A stretch of 64,000 bases of DNA from Trueperaceae bacterium (GCA_965213925.1 OZ243927.1:288001-352000); one strand, 5' to 3'. Shown: positions 8,408 to 19,042, counted from the stretch's first letter. The notes: generated from the letters alone by a model not told the origin. Numbers and translations: made by a program.

Positions 8408-9269
8408 AGAAACCCTCTTTAACTTCCGCTACAGTGAATACTGGATGGGGCGCAGCGGCCTCACCTTCAACGTTGAAAAAGTTTTGTTTCAAGAAACGAG
8501 CGACTTTCAAGAGGTCGCGGTATTGCAAACGGACGCCTTCGGCAACCTCTTGACCTTGGACGGCGTCGTGATGTTCACCCAATACGACGAGTTCGTCTAC
8601 CACGAGATGATGGCGCATCCGGCGTTAGCGCTCTTGGGCAACCCTGAGCGCGTGCTGATTATCGGCGGAGGAGACGGCGGGGTGGCGAGAGAGGTGTTGC
8701 GCTACGAGAGCGTTGAGCGCGTAGACCTCGTGGATATCGACGGCATGGTCGTAGAGGTCTCGAAGCGGTTTTTCCCGGAGGTCAGCGTGAGCCTCACCGA
8801 CTCGCGCCTCGATCTGCATATCGCAGACGGCGTCCAGTTCGTCAAAGAGGTCGAGCCGAATACCTATGACCTCATCGTCGTGGACTCGACTGACCCCATC
8901 GGCATCTCGGAGGGGCTTTTCACCAAAGACTTCTACAACGACTGCTTGCGCATCTTGAATGAGCGCGGGCTCATCGTCGTGCAGTCCGAGTCGCCTTTTG
9001 ACGCTAACAACGCGCACGTCGTGAAAGAGGTCAGGCACTTCTTCGACGAGCTGTTTCCGGTTGCGGCAACCTATCTAGCCTTCATCCCTACCTACGCGAT
9101 GGGGATGTGGTCGTTTACGCTGGGTTCTAAAAAACTGCATCCATTAGAAGACTTGGACGCTCGAGCGTTACCCTTCGCGGCTGACCTCCGCTACTACACG
9201 CCCGAAGTCCACCGCGCCGCCTTCGCACTGCCCGCGTTCGTCCAACGTCTAGTTCAAGCGTCCGGTTGA
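8397..9269 (+). CDS. speE: Spermidine synthase (polyamine aminopropyltransferase)
   Basis: LTLDG, DEFVYHEMMAH, IIGGGDGG, DSTDP; start uncertain (TTG 8397 or ATG 8445). Confidence 0.93.
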   Translation: MIPAETLFNFRYSEYWMGRSGLTFNVEKVLFQETSDFQEVAVLQTDAFGNLLTLDGVVMFTQYDEFVYHEMMAHPALALLGNPERVLIIGGGDGGVAREVLRYESVERVDLVDIDGMVVEVSKRFFPEVSVSLTDSRLDLHIADGVQFVKEVEPNTYDLIVVDSTDPIGISEGLFTKDFYNDCLRILNERGLIVVQSESPFDANNAHVVKEVRHFFDELFPVAATYLAFIPTYAMGMWSFTLGSKKLHPLEDLDARALPFAADLRYYTPEVHRAAFALPAFVQRLVQASG

Positions 9270-10411
9270 GGACTCGAGGGCGCATTCGGAATCTCGTTGC
9301 CGACGGATTGCACCTGTAAAGTGCGCACCAGGTCGGTCTTGCTCAAAATGCCGGTCATCTTGCCCGCCTCGTCAACCACAATGAGCCGCCCGAGGTCGTT
9401 CTGGTTGATGCGCTTAAAGGCTTCTAGCGCGTCCTTATCCTCGGTAATCGTGTTGACCTCTTTGGACATGATCTCGCCCACGGTCGCCTCGTCATCCAGA
9501 CCTCTCGCGTGCTGGAGCTTGACCATCCCCACAAGCTGTTCGCCGTCCAAAACCGGATAGCCTAAGTGCTTCTTGAAAAACATCAGCTTGATGAGTTGCG
9601 CCACAGGCATGTCCGGCTCGACGGACACGACCTCTCTGGTCATCAGGTCGCGCACGCGGATACCCGAAAGTAACTCGGAGACCTGCGCGTACTGCGTCTC
9701 GCTCCGCACGGCGCTGTAGATGAAAAAGGCGATGATGACCAGAAAGATGCTGAGGTTAAGCAGCCCGTAGATGCCTAGCAGAATCGCGATGAAGCGGCTC
9801 ACGCTGGCTGAAATCTGCGTGGCGCGAAGGTAGGGCATCCGCAAGGCGAGGAGCGAGCGGAGCACCCGCCCGCCGTCTAAAGGCAGTGCGGGCAAGAGGT
9901 TGAAAATTGCTAAAAATACGTTTTGAAAAGTTAGAAAGGCGAGGACGAACTGAACAGAGTCGGCGCTTCCCGGCGTGATTTGCAGGAGCACCCACGACAC
10001 GCCCGCCACGAGCAGACTCGTGATCGGTCCCGCGATGCCGACAATCGCCTCCGCCCCGCGCTGACGCGGCATCTCGTTAAACTGCACGACGCCGCCCAGA
10101 AACATCAGCGTGATGTCTTTGACCTCCACGCCGTAACGCCGCGCCACCACCGCGTGCCCGAGTTCGTGCACCGCCACGCCCACGAAGAGCCCCAGCGTCG
10201 AGAGGAAGCCGAGCCAGTACGGGGTCGCGCCGCCGCCGATCATGCTGAAGTCGATAGAGGTGTTTAGGAGGCTATTAAAGATGCGCGTGAAGACGCCCAC
10301 CTGGATGCCCACGATCCAGGTGAAGAGCGCCAGGATGAACAAAAAGGAGATGTCCAGGCGAAGGGGTATGCCCAGGAGTTTGAAGGGGAGAGTATAGGAG
10401 TTTTTGAACAT
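9254..10411 (-). CDS. Site-2 protease (M50) with tandem CBS domains
   Basis: HELGH, AGP, NLLPALPLDGG, C-terminal CBS pair. Confidence 0.92.
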   Translation of the reverse strand: MFKNSYTLPFKLLGIPLRLDISFLFILALFTWIVGIQVGVFTRIFNSLLNTSIDFSMIGGGATPYWLGFLSTLGLFVGVAVHELGHAVVARRYGVEVKDITLMFLGGVVQFNEMPRQRGAEAIVGIAGPITSLLVAGVSWVLLQITPGSADSVQFVLAFLTFQNVFLAIFNLLPALPLDGGRVLRSLLALRMPYLRATQISASVSRFIAILLGIYGLLNLSIFLVIIAFFIYSAVRSETQYAQVSELLSGIRVRDLMTREVVSVEPDMPVAQLIKLMFFKKHLGYPVLDGEQLVGMVKLQHARGLDDEATVGEIMSKEVNTITEDKDALEAFKRINQNDLGRLIVVDEAGKMTGILSKTDLVRTLQVQSVGNEIPNAPSSPQPDA

Positions 10412-10460
10412 ACCTTAGTGTATGAGGTGAGGTGTGAAAAATCTGTCATACGGGGAGGGG

Positions 10461-11495
10461 TTAGACCTCATCCACCTTGAAGGTTTCGTCGCCTTTCGGT
10501 TTGATGAGCTTCCAGATGACCTCGTCGTAAGGTTTATCGTCCATCATTTTGAAGAGGATGCCAGGATAGGTGCAGGTTTTGAAATACGCGGCAGCCTCTT
10601 TGCGTGAGGCGAAGTCACTCTTATACTCGCTTCGGCTTACCTCTTCAATCTCCTCGTACTGCGCCCTCAAATTCCCCTCGACCGCTTTGACCCAAGCATA
10701 AAACTCATCGGGGACGCGCTCGAGTATCTCATCCAACGACTTGCCCTCTTTGAGAACTTCCCAAATATGCTTAGGATTAAAGCCCGTAATCAAGCGGTGA
10801 AGGCGTACGTACTCCTCCAACTTAACCTTGACGCGCAATCCGCTTTCAAAGAGAACGACGAAACCTTCTGCGTCGTCTCGCTCCATGTTCCGCAAAGCAT
10901 GATAGTCATCTATGCTGTCAAAGCGCCTGGCGAGTGGAAAACCGAGATGAGCGAAGTCATTCAAATCAAACTCACGCCCCGTTGCTGTTTCACGTACTGC
11001 GAGCAAGATGAGGTTGCGCTCTACGCCGTAATCCACCACGATGCGGTTTTCGGGATAGATGATTTCGAAGAGGTAGGTGAGCGCGTCATCAAAAGGGTCA
11101 GCGCCTTTCAAATGCTCCCTAAGCATTTGCGTGCCGACTTCCGCTTGAGGGCTGGTGAACGAGCCGCGCGTGGCGAGGTAAGGGACGCCCTCGCGCTTGT
11201 AAAGTATGCCGAGAGAACCGTCTAACTTGTCGAAGATTTTGAAGGGTTCATTCGGGAGGTCTTCGGGGTCGTGCTGCTCGAGGTTGAAAAATTTAGGAAA
11301 AGGACGCGCAATCACGGTGTCGCTGCTGTTCACAATCAGACCTCGGCACGCCTTCGTTACGGGCGTCCACACGTTGTCGTACTGGCATTTAGCGGTGTAG
11401 TTGTAAAGCTTGAGCGTGCCACTCGGATGAATGACTCCGCGGATATGACCTTCGTCGAGGTGTGGTTGCAGTTCAGAACGGTTAAAGGTCCACAT
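10461..11495 (-). CDS. T4 Rnl1-family RNA ligase
   Basis: CRGLI, RPFPKFFN, adenylation motif KLDGSLG, ATRGSF, FEII, EGFVV, RVKVK; ATG 11495 preferred over 11519. Confidence 0.85.
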   Translation of the reverse strand: MWTFNRSELQPHLDEGHIRGVIHPSGTLKLYNYTAKCQYDNVWTPVTKACRGLIVNSSDTVIARPFPKFFNLEQHDPEDLPNEPFKIFDKLDGSLGILYKREGVPYLATRGSFTSPQAEVGTQMLREHLKGADPFDDALTYLFEIIYPENRIVVDYGVERNLILLAVRETATGREFDLNDFAHLGFPLARRFDSIDDYHALRNMERDDAEGFVVLFESGLRVKVKLEEYVRLHRLITGFNPKHIWEVLKEGKSLDEILERVPDEFYAWVKAVEGNLRAQYEEIEEVSRSEYKSDFASRKEAAAYFKTCTYPGILFKMMDDKPYDEVIWKLIKPKGDETFKVDEV

Positions 11496-11711
11496 ATCGT
11501 TTAGATTCCTTCCTGTCAAATCATAGAAGGATAGTATAGCGGCTCGAGGAGAATACTCCCAGTTATTTGACCTGTTCTATCAACAGCTTTATGCTTGAAT
11601 CCGGGACAGGAACTCATCTTTTGAAAGATGGGCTCTTGTACATTTTTCCTCGCTGAAACTATTGAGCCTTGCGAATTATCTTAGGTTGTCACGAAGATTT
11701 GTCTCTAAAAC

Positions 11712-13124
11712 CTAAGTCACTGCGCGTTCCGACGAACCAGAACTCACCTCACGCCCGCCACCCACCCGGTACGCCGCTACTACCGCCCCCACTACCAGCA
11801 ACAAATTCACCCCAAAAATCACCGCAATCCCAAGCTGCTGCCCCCACTGAACCCCTACTGCAAACGCGAGCAGCGCCCCACCCACCCCGGTACTCAGCGC
11901 CGAGGTGAACTGGTCGGCAATCTGCAAAGACGCCGACACCGCGCCCTCCTCACCTTCGGGCGCGAACGCAAAGGCTAAGACCGAACTCGTGGAGTGCGAC
12001 ACGCCCATCCCGAGCCCGCAGAGCAGCCAGCCCGAGATGGTGATGAGTAGAGGTACGACGTTCACGAAGAGGGCGAAAAGTTGCACGCCGATGCCAGCGG
12101 ATAAAAAGAGCGTGCCGAGGACTAAGCGCTGCCTCCGCCTCGAGCCCTTCTCCCCTTCGGGCGAGTGCTCGTCCCAGTAGTCTTGGAGCCACGAGCCCAC
12201 CGTCCAACTCACTGCGCCCGTGGCAATAGCAACGCCTGTAAGCGAAGACGAAAGCCCGTGCACATCCGTTAGAGCGAGGACCAAAAACGCTTCGGTAGCG
12301 ACGAAGGCGGCGTACATGAGACCTCTTGTGGCGATGACGGAGCCTAAGCTCGAGCCGAGCGTCAGTGTTCCGCTAGGCAAAAGCGCCCGCAAACTAGGTA
12401 CTGTGAATGCTACGCCGACGATGACCATTACACTAGCGACCCAGAGGGTCGAAAGCGACAGACCGCTGATGAGGAGCCCTGCGCCCAAGACAAGACTCGC
12501 AGCGGGGCGCAGACGGCTCGAGCGCTCCCCTTTGCCCTCCAGCCTGAGAAACGCCCGCGCTGTTAGCAGCGCGACTAACGCCAGCGGCGGCACCATCCCC
12601 CAAAAGACCACGCGCCAGCCGAAGAGGTCGGCGACGAAGCCGGCGGCGGTGGGTCCGAGCAAACCGGGCAAGACCCAGGCGCTCGAGACCAGCGCCATCA
12701 TCCGGGGGCGGAGCGCGTCGGCGTAGGCGAGGTTGATGGCGAGGTAAAAGCAGGTGACAAGTGCGCCGCTGCCCAACCCCTGTACCGCTCTGCCCGCGAT
12801 GAGAACCGGCATCGTCGGCGCGAAACCGCTGATGAGAAGTCCCGTGCCAAAGAGGACGATGCCCACCAAAAGAGGGAGCCCCGGACCTCTTTTATCGGCT
12901 TGCTGTCCGCCCACCGTGATGCCCAAAAGCGAGGAGAGCAAAAACGCGCTGAATATCCAGCCGTAGAGCGCCATGCCGTCTAGCGCTCTGGCGATTTGCG
13001 GCGCGACGGTGACGACGGCTAAGGCTTCAAACGCAATGATGGTGACGCCTAAGATGACGCCTATAGTGAGCCCTCGGTGTTGTTTATCGAAGACTTGATT
13101 CGGGTTAGCCGCAGGCTTATTCAC
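11712..13124 (-). CDS. MFS transporter (DHA2-like)
   Basis: AFEALAVVT, GQQADKRG, GRAVQGLG, AWVLPGLLGP; about 14 hydrophobic segments. Confidence 0.88.
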   Translation of the reverse strand: MNKPAANPNQVFDKQHRGLTIGVILGVTIIAFEALAVVTVAPQIARALDGMALYGWIFSAFLLSSLLGITVGGQQADKRGPGLPLLVGIVLFGTGLLISGFAPTMPVLIAGRAVQGLGSGALVTCFYLAINLAYADALRPRMMALVSSAWVLPGLLGPTAAGFVADLFGWRVVFWGMVPPLALVALLTARAFLRLEGKGERSSRLRPAASLVLGAGLLISGLSLSTLWVASVMVIVGVAFTVPSLRALLPSGTLTLGSSLGSVIATRGLMYAAFVATEAFLVLALTDVHGLSSSLTGVAIATGAVSWTVGSWLQDYWDEHSPEGEKGSRRRQRLVLGTLFLSAGIGVQLFALFVNVVPLLITISGWLLCGLGMGVSHSTSSVLAFAFAPEGEEGAVSASLQIADQFTSALSTGVGGALLAFAVGVQWGQQLGIAVIFGVNLLLVVGAVVAAYRVGGGREVSSGSSERAVT

Positions 13125-13288
13125 GTTGCACGGTTCTCTCCTCGAGCCGATGATTGAGCAAGCTCTATCTCAACTTTCCAGGGTAAAGCCAGAACGCTCT
13201 AGCAGACTGAGTCTGCACTTCCCATCTCGAGCCCAAGCACGTGACGCATCCGTTTGCCCTCTCTCTTCCGACATGAGACAATACCTCT

Positions 13289-15452
13289 ATGACTACGCTG
13301 AGCAGCGCCCAGCACATCCTCTCATCCGTCTACGGCTACAGCGCCTTTCGCGGCCATCAGGCGGAAGTGGTCGAGCACATCGCGGCGGGTGGGGACGCCT
13401 TTGTTTTGATGCCGACGGGCGGCGGCAAGTCGCTCTGTTATCAGATTCCTTCAATGGCGCGGCGCGGCGTGGGGATTGTCGTGTCACCTCTTATCGCGCT
13501 GATGAAAGACCAGGTGGACGCGCTCTTGCAGCTTGGCGTTAAGGCGGCGTATCTGAACTCGAGCCTCACCTCTTCGGACGCTTACAAAGTTGAGAACCAG
13601 CTCCTACGCGGCGAGCTTGACCTCTTGTATGTCGCCCCCGAACGCCTCTTGACGCCGCGCTTTTTAGACCTCTTGGGGCGCAGCCAGATTGCGCTCTTCG
13701 CTATTGACGAGGCGCACTGCGTCTCGCAGTGGGGACACGACTTTCGCCCGGAGTATCGCGGCTTGGCGCTCCTTGCTGAACGTTACCCAGAGGTGCCACG
13801 TCTAGCGCTTACGGCTACCGCCGACGAGGTCACGCGGCGCGACATCGTGGAGCGGTTGCACCTGACAAAGGCGCGGCAGTTCGTCTCGTCCTTTGATCGC
13901 CCGAATATTCGCTATACCGTCGTGGGTAAGAACAACGCGAAGCAGCAGTTTTTGGACTTCTACAAGCGCGAACACATGAACGACGCGGGCATCGTCTACT
14001 GCTTGTCGCGCAAGAGCGTGGAGAGGACAGCGGAGTGGCTCATTAAGCGCGGGCTAAAGGCGCTGCCCTATCATGCTGGGCTGACGAGCGAGATGCGCCA
14101 GCGGCATCAAGAGCGGTTTTTGTTAGAGGAGGGCGTCGTGATGGTGGCGACGGTGGCATTCGGGATGGGGATTGACAAGCCGGACGTTAGATTTGTGGCG
14201 CACCTCGATTTGCCCAAAAGCCTGGAAGGTTACTACCAAGAGACCGGACGCGCCGGGCGCGACGGGCTGCCCTCGAACGCCTTTATGACCTACGGTTTAG
14301 CGGATGTGGTGATGCTCCGGCAGATGTTGGCGCAGTCCGAAGCGAGCGAGGAGTTTAAGCGGATTGAGCATCGGAAGCTCGAGGCTTTACTCGGTTACTG
14401 CGAGTCCCCTAGATGTCGGCGGCAACTGCTTCTCTCGTATTTTGACGAGACCTTAACGAATTCCTGCGGCAACTGCGACACGTGCTTGAACCCTGTTGAA
14501 ACCTGGGACGGCACGGTGGCGGCGCAAAAGGCGCTCTCGGCGGTCTACCGCACAGGGCAGCGTTTTGGCGCAGGGCACGTGATTGACGTGCTTTTGGGTA
14601 AGAACACGCCGCGCATGAAGAACTTGAAGCACGACGAGTTGAGCACCTTCGGCGTCGGTACGGAGTTGGATGAGAAGCAGTGGCGCTCGGTGCTGCGGCA
14701 GCTCGTTTCGTGGGGCTATTTGACGAGTAATGGGGGCGGCTACGGCTCCTTACTCCTCACCCCGCAGAGCGCCGCCGTTCTGAAGGGTCAAGAGACCGTC
14801 TCGTTTCGGCGCGACCCGAAACCTGTGAAAGAAGAGCGCGGCGAGCAATAGAGCGGTTGAACTGACAGGGGGGACGCTCGAGTTATTCAACGCCCTACGC
14901 GGCTTACGTACCGATCTCGCCAAAGAGCAGAGCGTTCCTCCTTACGTCATCTTTCATGACGCCACGCTTAAACAGATGGCGGAGGTCGTGCCGCAGAGCT
15001 TGGGCGCGATGAACGCGATTACTGGGGTAGGGAAGACGAAGTTGGAACGCTACGGCGAAGCGTTTTTAGAGGTCTTGCAGGGATACGCGGACAGCGCACC
15101 CGAACCCACCTCAACTGTTACCTCTCTACCTTTGGAACCCACGGACGATGACCTCGACACCTACGAGCAGACCTTACAACTCGTTTTAGCAGGGCGTACG
15201 CTCCAAGAGGTGGCGAGCGAGCGCAATCTCAAGGTGCGCACGGTGGAGAACCATCTGGCGGAGTTGGTCTCGAGAGGTCAGCTCACCGCCCAAGAGGCGA
15301 CGAAGCTGCCGAAAGAGGAGATTGCGAGGATTGAATCTGCCTTTTTCAACCTGCCCGAAGAGGAGAAGCCGTATCTGAGACCTCTTTTTGAGAAGTTAGA
15401 GGAGCGCTACGACTACAGCGTGTTGAAATGCGTGCGGGCGGGGCTAGGGTAA
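13289..15452 (+). CDS. recQ: DNA helicase RecQ, split by a +1 frameshift at about 14828 before the HRDC domain
   Basis: [22 protein letters not shown] and RQC in 13289-14851; the shifted frame continues ...[32 protein letters not shown] (HRDC) to a stop at 15452. Confidence 0.92.
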
Positions 15453-15469
15453 GGGGCGCGGTCTTCTAC

Positions 15470-15498
15470 TTGACAAAGCGCCCCGCACCCGTCACATT
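15470..15498 (+). promoter_or_regulatory. Promoter for the leader peptide and MFS gene
   Basis: TTGACA (15470-15475), 17 bp spacer, CACATT (15493-15498), ATG 7 nt downstream. Confidence 0.6.
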
Positions 15499-15505
15499 GG
15501 GAGCT

Positions 15506-15532
15506 ATGTCAATGGTCACCGCACGGCTTTAA
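15506..15532 (+). CDS. Putative leader peptide MSMVTARL
   Basis: ATG TCA ATG GTC ACC GCA CGG CTT TAA at the predicted transcription start, about 200 nt upstream of an efflux gene. Confidence 0.5.
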   Translation: MSMVTARL

Positions 15533-15737
15533 CCGGGTGAATGCCAACTTGAACTGGGCGACTCGAGCGACTTGCTCGAGCGTCCTGTGCTCTAGCTTAT
15601 GTCATCCCATCTACCTCTAAAAAATTTGCCTCTCACATGCGTGAGACTTTACTCGTGTAGAACGTTATCGGTCTAAAACGCTATTCGCCGGCGACGTGTT
15701 CGCGCCGAGTGAGGTCTCGCCGTTTGGACGGTGACCT

Positions 15738-16976
15738 TTGCTTCACTCTCTTCCAAACCCTTCCGCCTACCGCGTCTACCTGATCTTTTCAGGCGCGTCC
15801 GCCCTCTCGTTCACGCTCTTCGGTCTGCTCTCGGCGGTCTACCGCTTCGAGACCGCCGGGCTAGGTCCGCTTCAGCTCATCTTGGTGGGCACGGTGCTCG
15901 AGCTTTCGGTCTTTCTGTTCGAAGTGCCTACCGGTGTCGTCGCGGACGTGTACGGACGCCGCCGCAGCGTCATCATCGGGACGGTGCTGATTGGAGCGGG
16001 GTTCGTGCTCGAGGGAGCCTTGCCCCTCTTCGCGACGATTCTGCTCGCCCAGGTGATTTGGGGCGTCGGCAACACCTTCGAAAGCGGCGCGTTAGAAGCT
16101 TGGATTGCCGATGAAGTTGGGGAGGAGCGGGCAGGTAAAGCGTTTTTGCGCGGCGCACAGGTGGCGCAAGTCACCTCGCTCGTCGCGGTGCCTCTCGGTG
16201 TCGTTTTGGGCAGCCTCTATCTGGGGTTACCTATGCTCGTTGCGGGCGGCGGATATGTACTGCTCGCCTCCTTCCTCGCGCTGCGGATGCCCGAACACGC
16301 CTTCGTGCCCGAGCAAGACGCTACGCGCGGACCCTTCGGCGCGATGCGGGGAACCTTGGGGCGAGGCTTTGACGTCGCGAGGCGCAAGCCCATCATCCTG
16401 ACGCTATTCGTCATCACGGCAATTGTCGGCGCGTCCTCCGAGACGTTTGACCGGCTGTGGGAGGCGCACTTCTTGGCGAACGTTGGTTTTCCGGCGCGGT
16501 TCACCCCGGTCGTCTGGTTCGGTCTTATCAACGCTGCACTTATGCTCGTAACACTCGCTGTGACGGAGGTCGTACGGCGGCGCGTTGATACAAACACTCA
16601 TATCGCGGTGGCGCGCTCACTCCTCGTGATCAACGCGCTTTTAACGCTCAGCACGGTGCTCTTCGGGCTCGCCGGTAATTTCTGGCTGGCGCTCGCCTGT
16701 TACGGCGCGTCGGTCGTGCTGAGGACGACGCACCGCCCCCTCTTCCGGGCGTGGCTCAATCAGCGGCTCGAGCCCAAAACGAGAGCCACGGTTTTCAGCA
16801 TGAACGCGCAGATAGACGCGCTCGGTCAGATTGTTGGCGGACCCCTTTTAGGGCTCGTCGCTACCTTTTCTGGCATCCCTACAGCCCTTGTGCTCTCGGG
16901 GTTGCTCCTCTTGCCAGCGAGCTACCTCTATCTGCGCACGCTGAGGCGTCCGTCGGCCCGAGAAGGGGCGAGGTAG
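15738..16976 (+). CDS. MFS efflux pump, TetA(P)-like
   Basis: PLQLILVGTVLEL...FEVPTGVVADVYGR...LEG...AQVIWG.G.TF.SGALEAWIADE closely resembles TetA(P) as I recall it. Confidence 0.8.
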   Translation: MLHSLPNPSAYRVYLIFSGASALSFTLFGLLSAVYRFETAGLGPLQLILVGTVLELSVFLFEVPTGVVADVYGRRRSVIIGTVLIGAGFVLEGALPLFATILLAQVIWGVGNTFESGALEAWIADEVGEERAGKAFLRGAQVAQVTSLVAVPLGVVLGSLYLGLPMLVAGGGYVLLASFLALRMPEHAFVPEQDATRGPFGAMRGTLGRGFDVARRKPIILTLFVITAIVGASSETFDRLWEAHFLANVGFPARFTPVVWFGLINAALMLVTLAVTEVVRRRVDTNTHIAVARSLLVINALLTLSTVLFGLAGNFWLALACYGASVVLRTTHRPLFRAWLNQRLEPKTRATVFSMNAQIDALGQIVGGPLLGLVATFSGIPTALVLSGLLLLPASYLYLRTLRRPSAREGAR

Positions 16977-17388
16977 CGCTTTCTCACCTCTTTGTCGCTA
17001 CGGAGTAGTGGACGCTTGGTCGTTCGTAATTGACCTGAATGTCTTGGGCACCAGACGACCGAGCGCCTATCATCCCTTTGAAGCTGCAACTGAAACGCGC
17101 TCACCCGGTATCTAAAGGCTCCTCTGGGCGCTTGGGACAGATGGAGCTAGTAGCGCAACCGGCTAGAGGTCGCTTAGATGCGCCTTTCTGCACCGCTATG
17201 ACCGTAAGCGCCCTTCACCTCACCCCTAAGGGTGAGCGTTGAAGGATAGCGTATAAACTACATAGCTTTGCCTAAACAACGTTGTGCGAAACCGCTAGCC
17301 TCAATACAGCTTGGCAGACTAGCACTTGCGGGGATATCAACCTATTTCGGCGTGTCTCAAGGTTGCTGAGCGTGGTAAACTCCTCCTC

Positions 17389-17898
17389 ATGCGTACTCTT
17401 TTCAGCGTAGTCATAGGTATCGCCTTTACCTTGTCGCTCGCGCTGGCCTATCAGGGCTCGGAGGCTGCGGAGGCGCAGCAAGAGCGCGGCGCAGACCTCT
17501 ACGCGCTGCGCTGCGCCGTCTGTCACGGCGCAACCGGGCAGGGTCTAGCCGAAGCGCGGCTCGCCTTTCCCGAGGACCACAGGCGCTGCTCGAGCTGCCA
17601 TAAAAGGGGCAACCCCGCGCTCATGGCGAACCCTTTTATAGACAACAACATGTTCGACGTCGGTGACGCGCCCGCGCTCGTCGGCGAAGGTATGGCGGCG
17701 TTTCCCAACGCCGCCGTGCTCTACAGTTATATTCACGCCGCGATGCCGCGCCACGCCCCGAGAACGCTCACGAACCAGGAGTACTGGGACATTACGGCGC
17801 ACGTGTTGGGGCTAAACCACGCCCTCCCCGAAGGCGTGACCTTAACCGAGCAGAACGCCGCGACGCTTCCCTTGAAAACCTTACCTACCACGTATTGA
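17389..17898 (+). CDS. Periplasmic c-type cytochrome with two CxxCH motifs
   Basis: Signal peptide, CAVCH, CSSCH, YI..AMP distal Met; ATG 17389 lies 7 nt after TAAACT. Confidence 0.8.
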   Translation: MRTLFSVVIGIAFTLSLALAYQGSEAAEAQQERGADLYALRCAVCHGATGQGLAEARLAFPEDHRRCSSCHKRGNPALMANPFIDNNMFDVGDAPALVGEGMAAFPNAAVLYSYIHAAMPRHAPRTLTNQEYWDITAHVLGLNHALPEGVTLTEQNAATLPLKTLPTTY

Positions 17899-17989
17899 GG
17901 TAGATGAAAGTAAATATCATCCTCTAACATGCGTGCTGGACAATGCTTCGTGAAGTGAGAGCGTTTATGACCAGATGATACCTGCTATC

Positions 17990-19042
17990 TCACGTCCCAC
18001 TTCTTGGGTCATTCACATCTCTAAAGGCGTCGCCCAAGAGGTTCCAACCCAGTACGAACAGCACGATGACGATGCCGGGGTAAAATGAAACGTACCAGTA
18101 GGCGAAGGGGTCGTTGGGCGGTCCCAAAATCCAATCGCGCGCAAAGGCGATCATCTGCCCCCAGTCCGCGAAGCCGATGGGCGGTCCTAGCCCCAAAAAG
18201 CTCAGCGCGGCGGCGGTGATGACCACCGTGCCGATATCCAAGCTCGCGACGATGATGATCGAGCCGATTGAGTTAGGCAGTACGTGTTTGAAGATAATGC
18301 CTAAGTTCCCCGCCCCCAACGCCCGCGCCCCGTCCACGTACTCCTGCTCTTTGACCCGCAAGATGTCGCCGCGCAGAAGGCGGGCGTAGGTGGGCCAGCC
18401 CACGATGGCGATGGCGAGCATGATGTTGACCAGCGACTGCCCCAAGATCGTTACGATAACGATAGCCATGATTAAGCTAGGCACGGAGATGATCACGTCG
18501 GTGAAGCGCATCAAGACGTTGTCGATCCAGCCGCCGAAATAGCCCGCGATGCTGCCGATTAGGAGCCCGATAGATAAACTCACGCCGATGACCAAAAAAC
18601 CGATAAAAAAAGCCGTGCGCGTGCCCCAGACGAGCCCGTAATAGATGTCGTAGCCGCGACTCGAGGTGCCCAAGATAGACTCGGACGTGGGCGGCTGCGG
18701 CACGGGCGAAAAGGTCGTGCGGGGAATCGTGTAGCAAGACGAGAGGGGCGCACCCGGTAAGGGCTGCGCGAACATCAGCCGCCAGAAGGCAGGCCTGAGC
18801 GGGTTGTTGACCTCGCCTACCGTGCGAGCGGAGAGCCCCAAGTCGCGCAAGCAGGAGCGCCCCGGCGTGGTGATGAGCGGCGCAGAAATAGCGACAACCA
18901 CGAAGAAAAGGACGATGAGCGCCCCCGTAATCGCTAGCGGGTTGCGGCGAAAGCGCTTCATCGCTTTAGAGTTCCACCACTTTGCGAGGGCGCTCTGTTC
19001 ACGCTCCTGCTGGGCGGGCTGTTGCATACTCGAGCTTGCCAT
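17990..19042 (-). CDS. Peptide ABC transporter permease (OppC/DppC)
   Basis: RFRRNPLA, EYVDGARALGA (EAA loop), LSFLGLG; ATG at 19042 overlaps the upstream stop. Confidence 0.92.
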   Translation of the reverse strand: MASSSMQQPAQQEREQSALAKWWNSKAMKRFRRNPLAITGALIVLFFVVVAISAPLITTPGRSCLRDLGLSARTVGEVNNPLRPAFWRLMFAQPLPGAPLSSCYTIPRTTFSPVPQPPTSESILGTSSRGYDIYYGLVWGTRTAFFIGFLVIGVSLSIGLLIGSIAGYFGGWIDNVLMRFTDVIISVPSLIMAIVIVTILGQSLVNIMLAIAIVGWPTYARLLRGDILRVKEQEYVDGARALGAGNLGIIFKHVLPNSIGSIIIVASLDIGTVVITAAALSFLGLGPPIGFADWGQMIAFARDWILGPPNDPFAYWYVSFYPGIVIVLFVLGWNLLGDAFRDVNDPRSGT

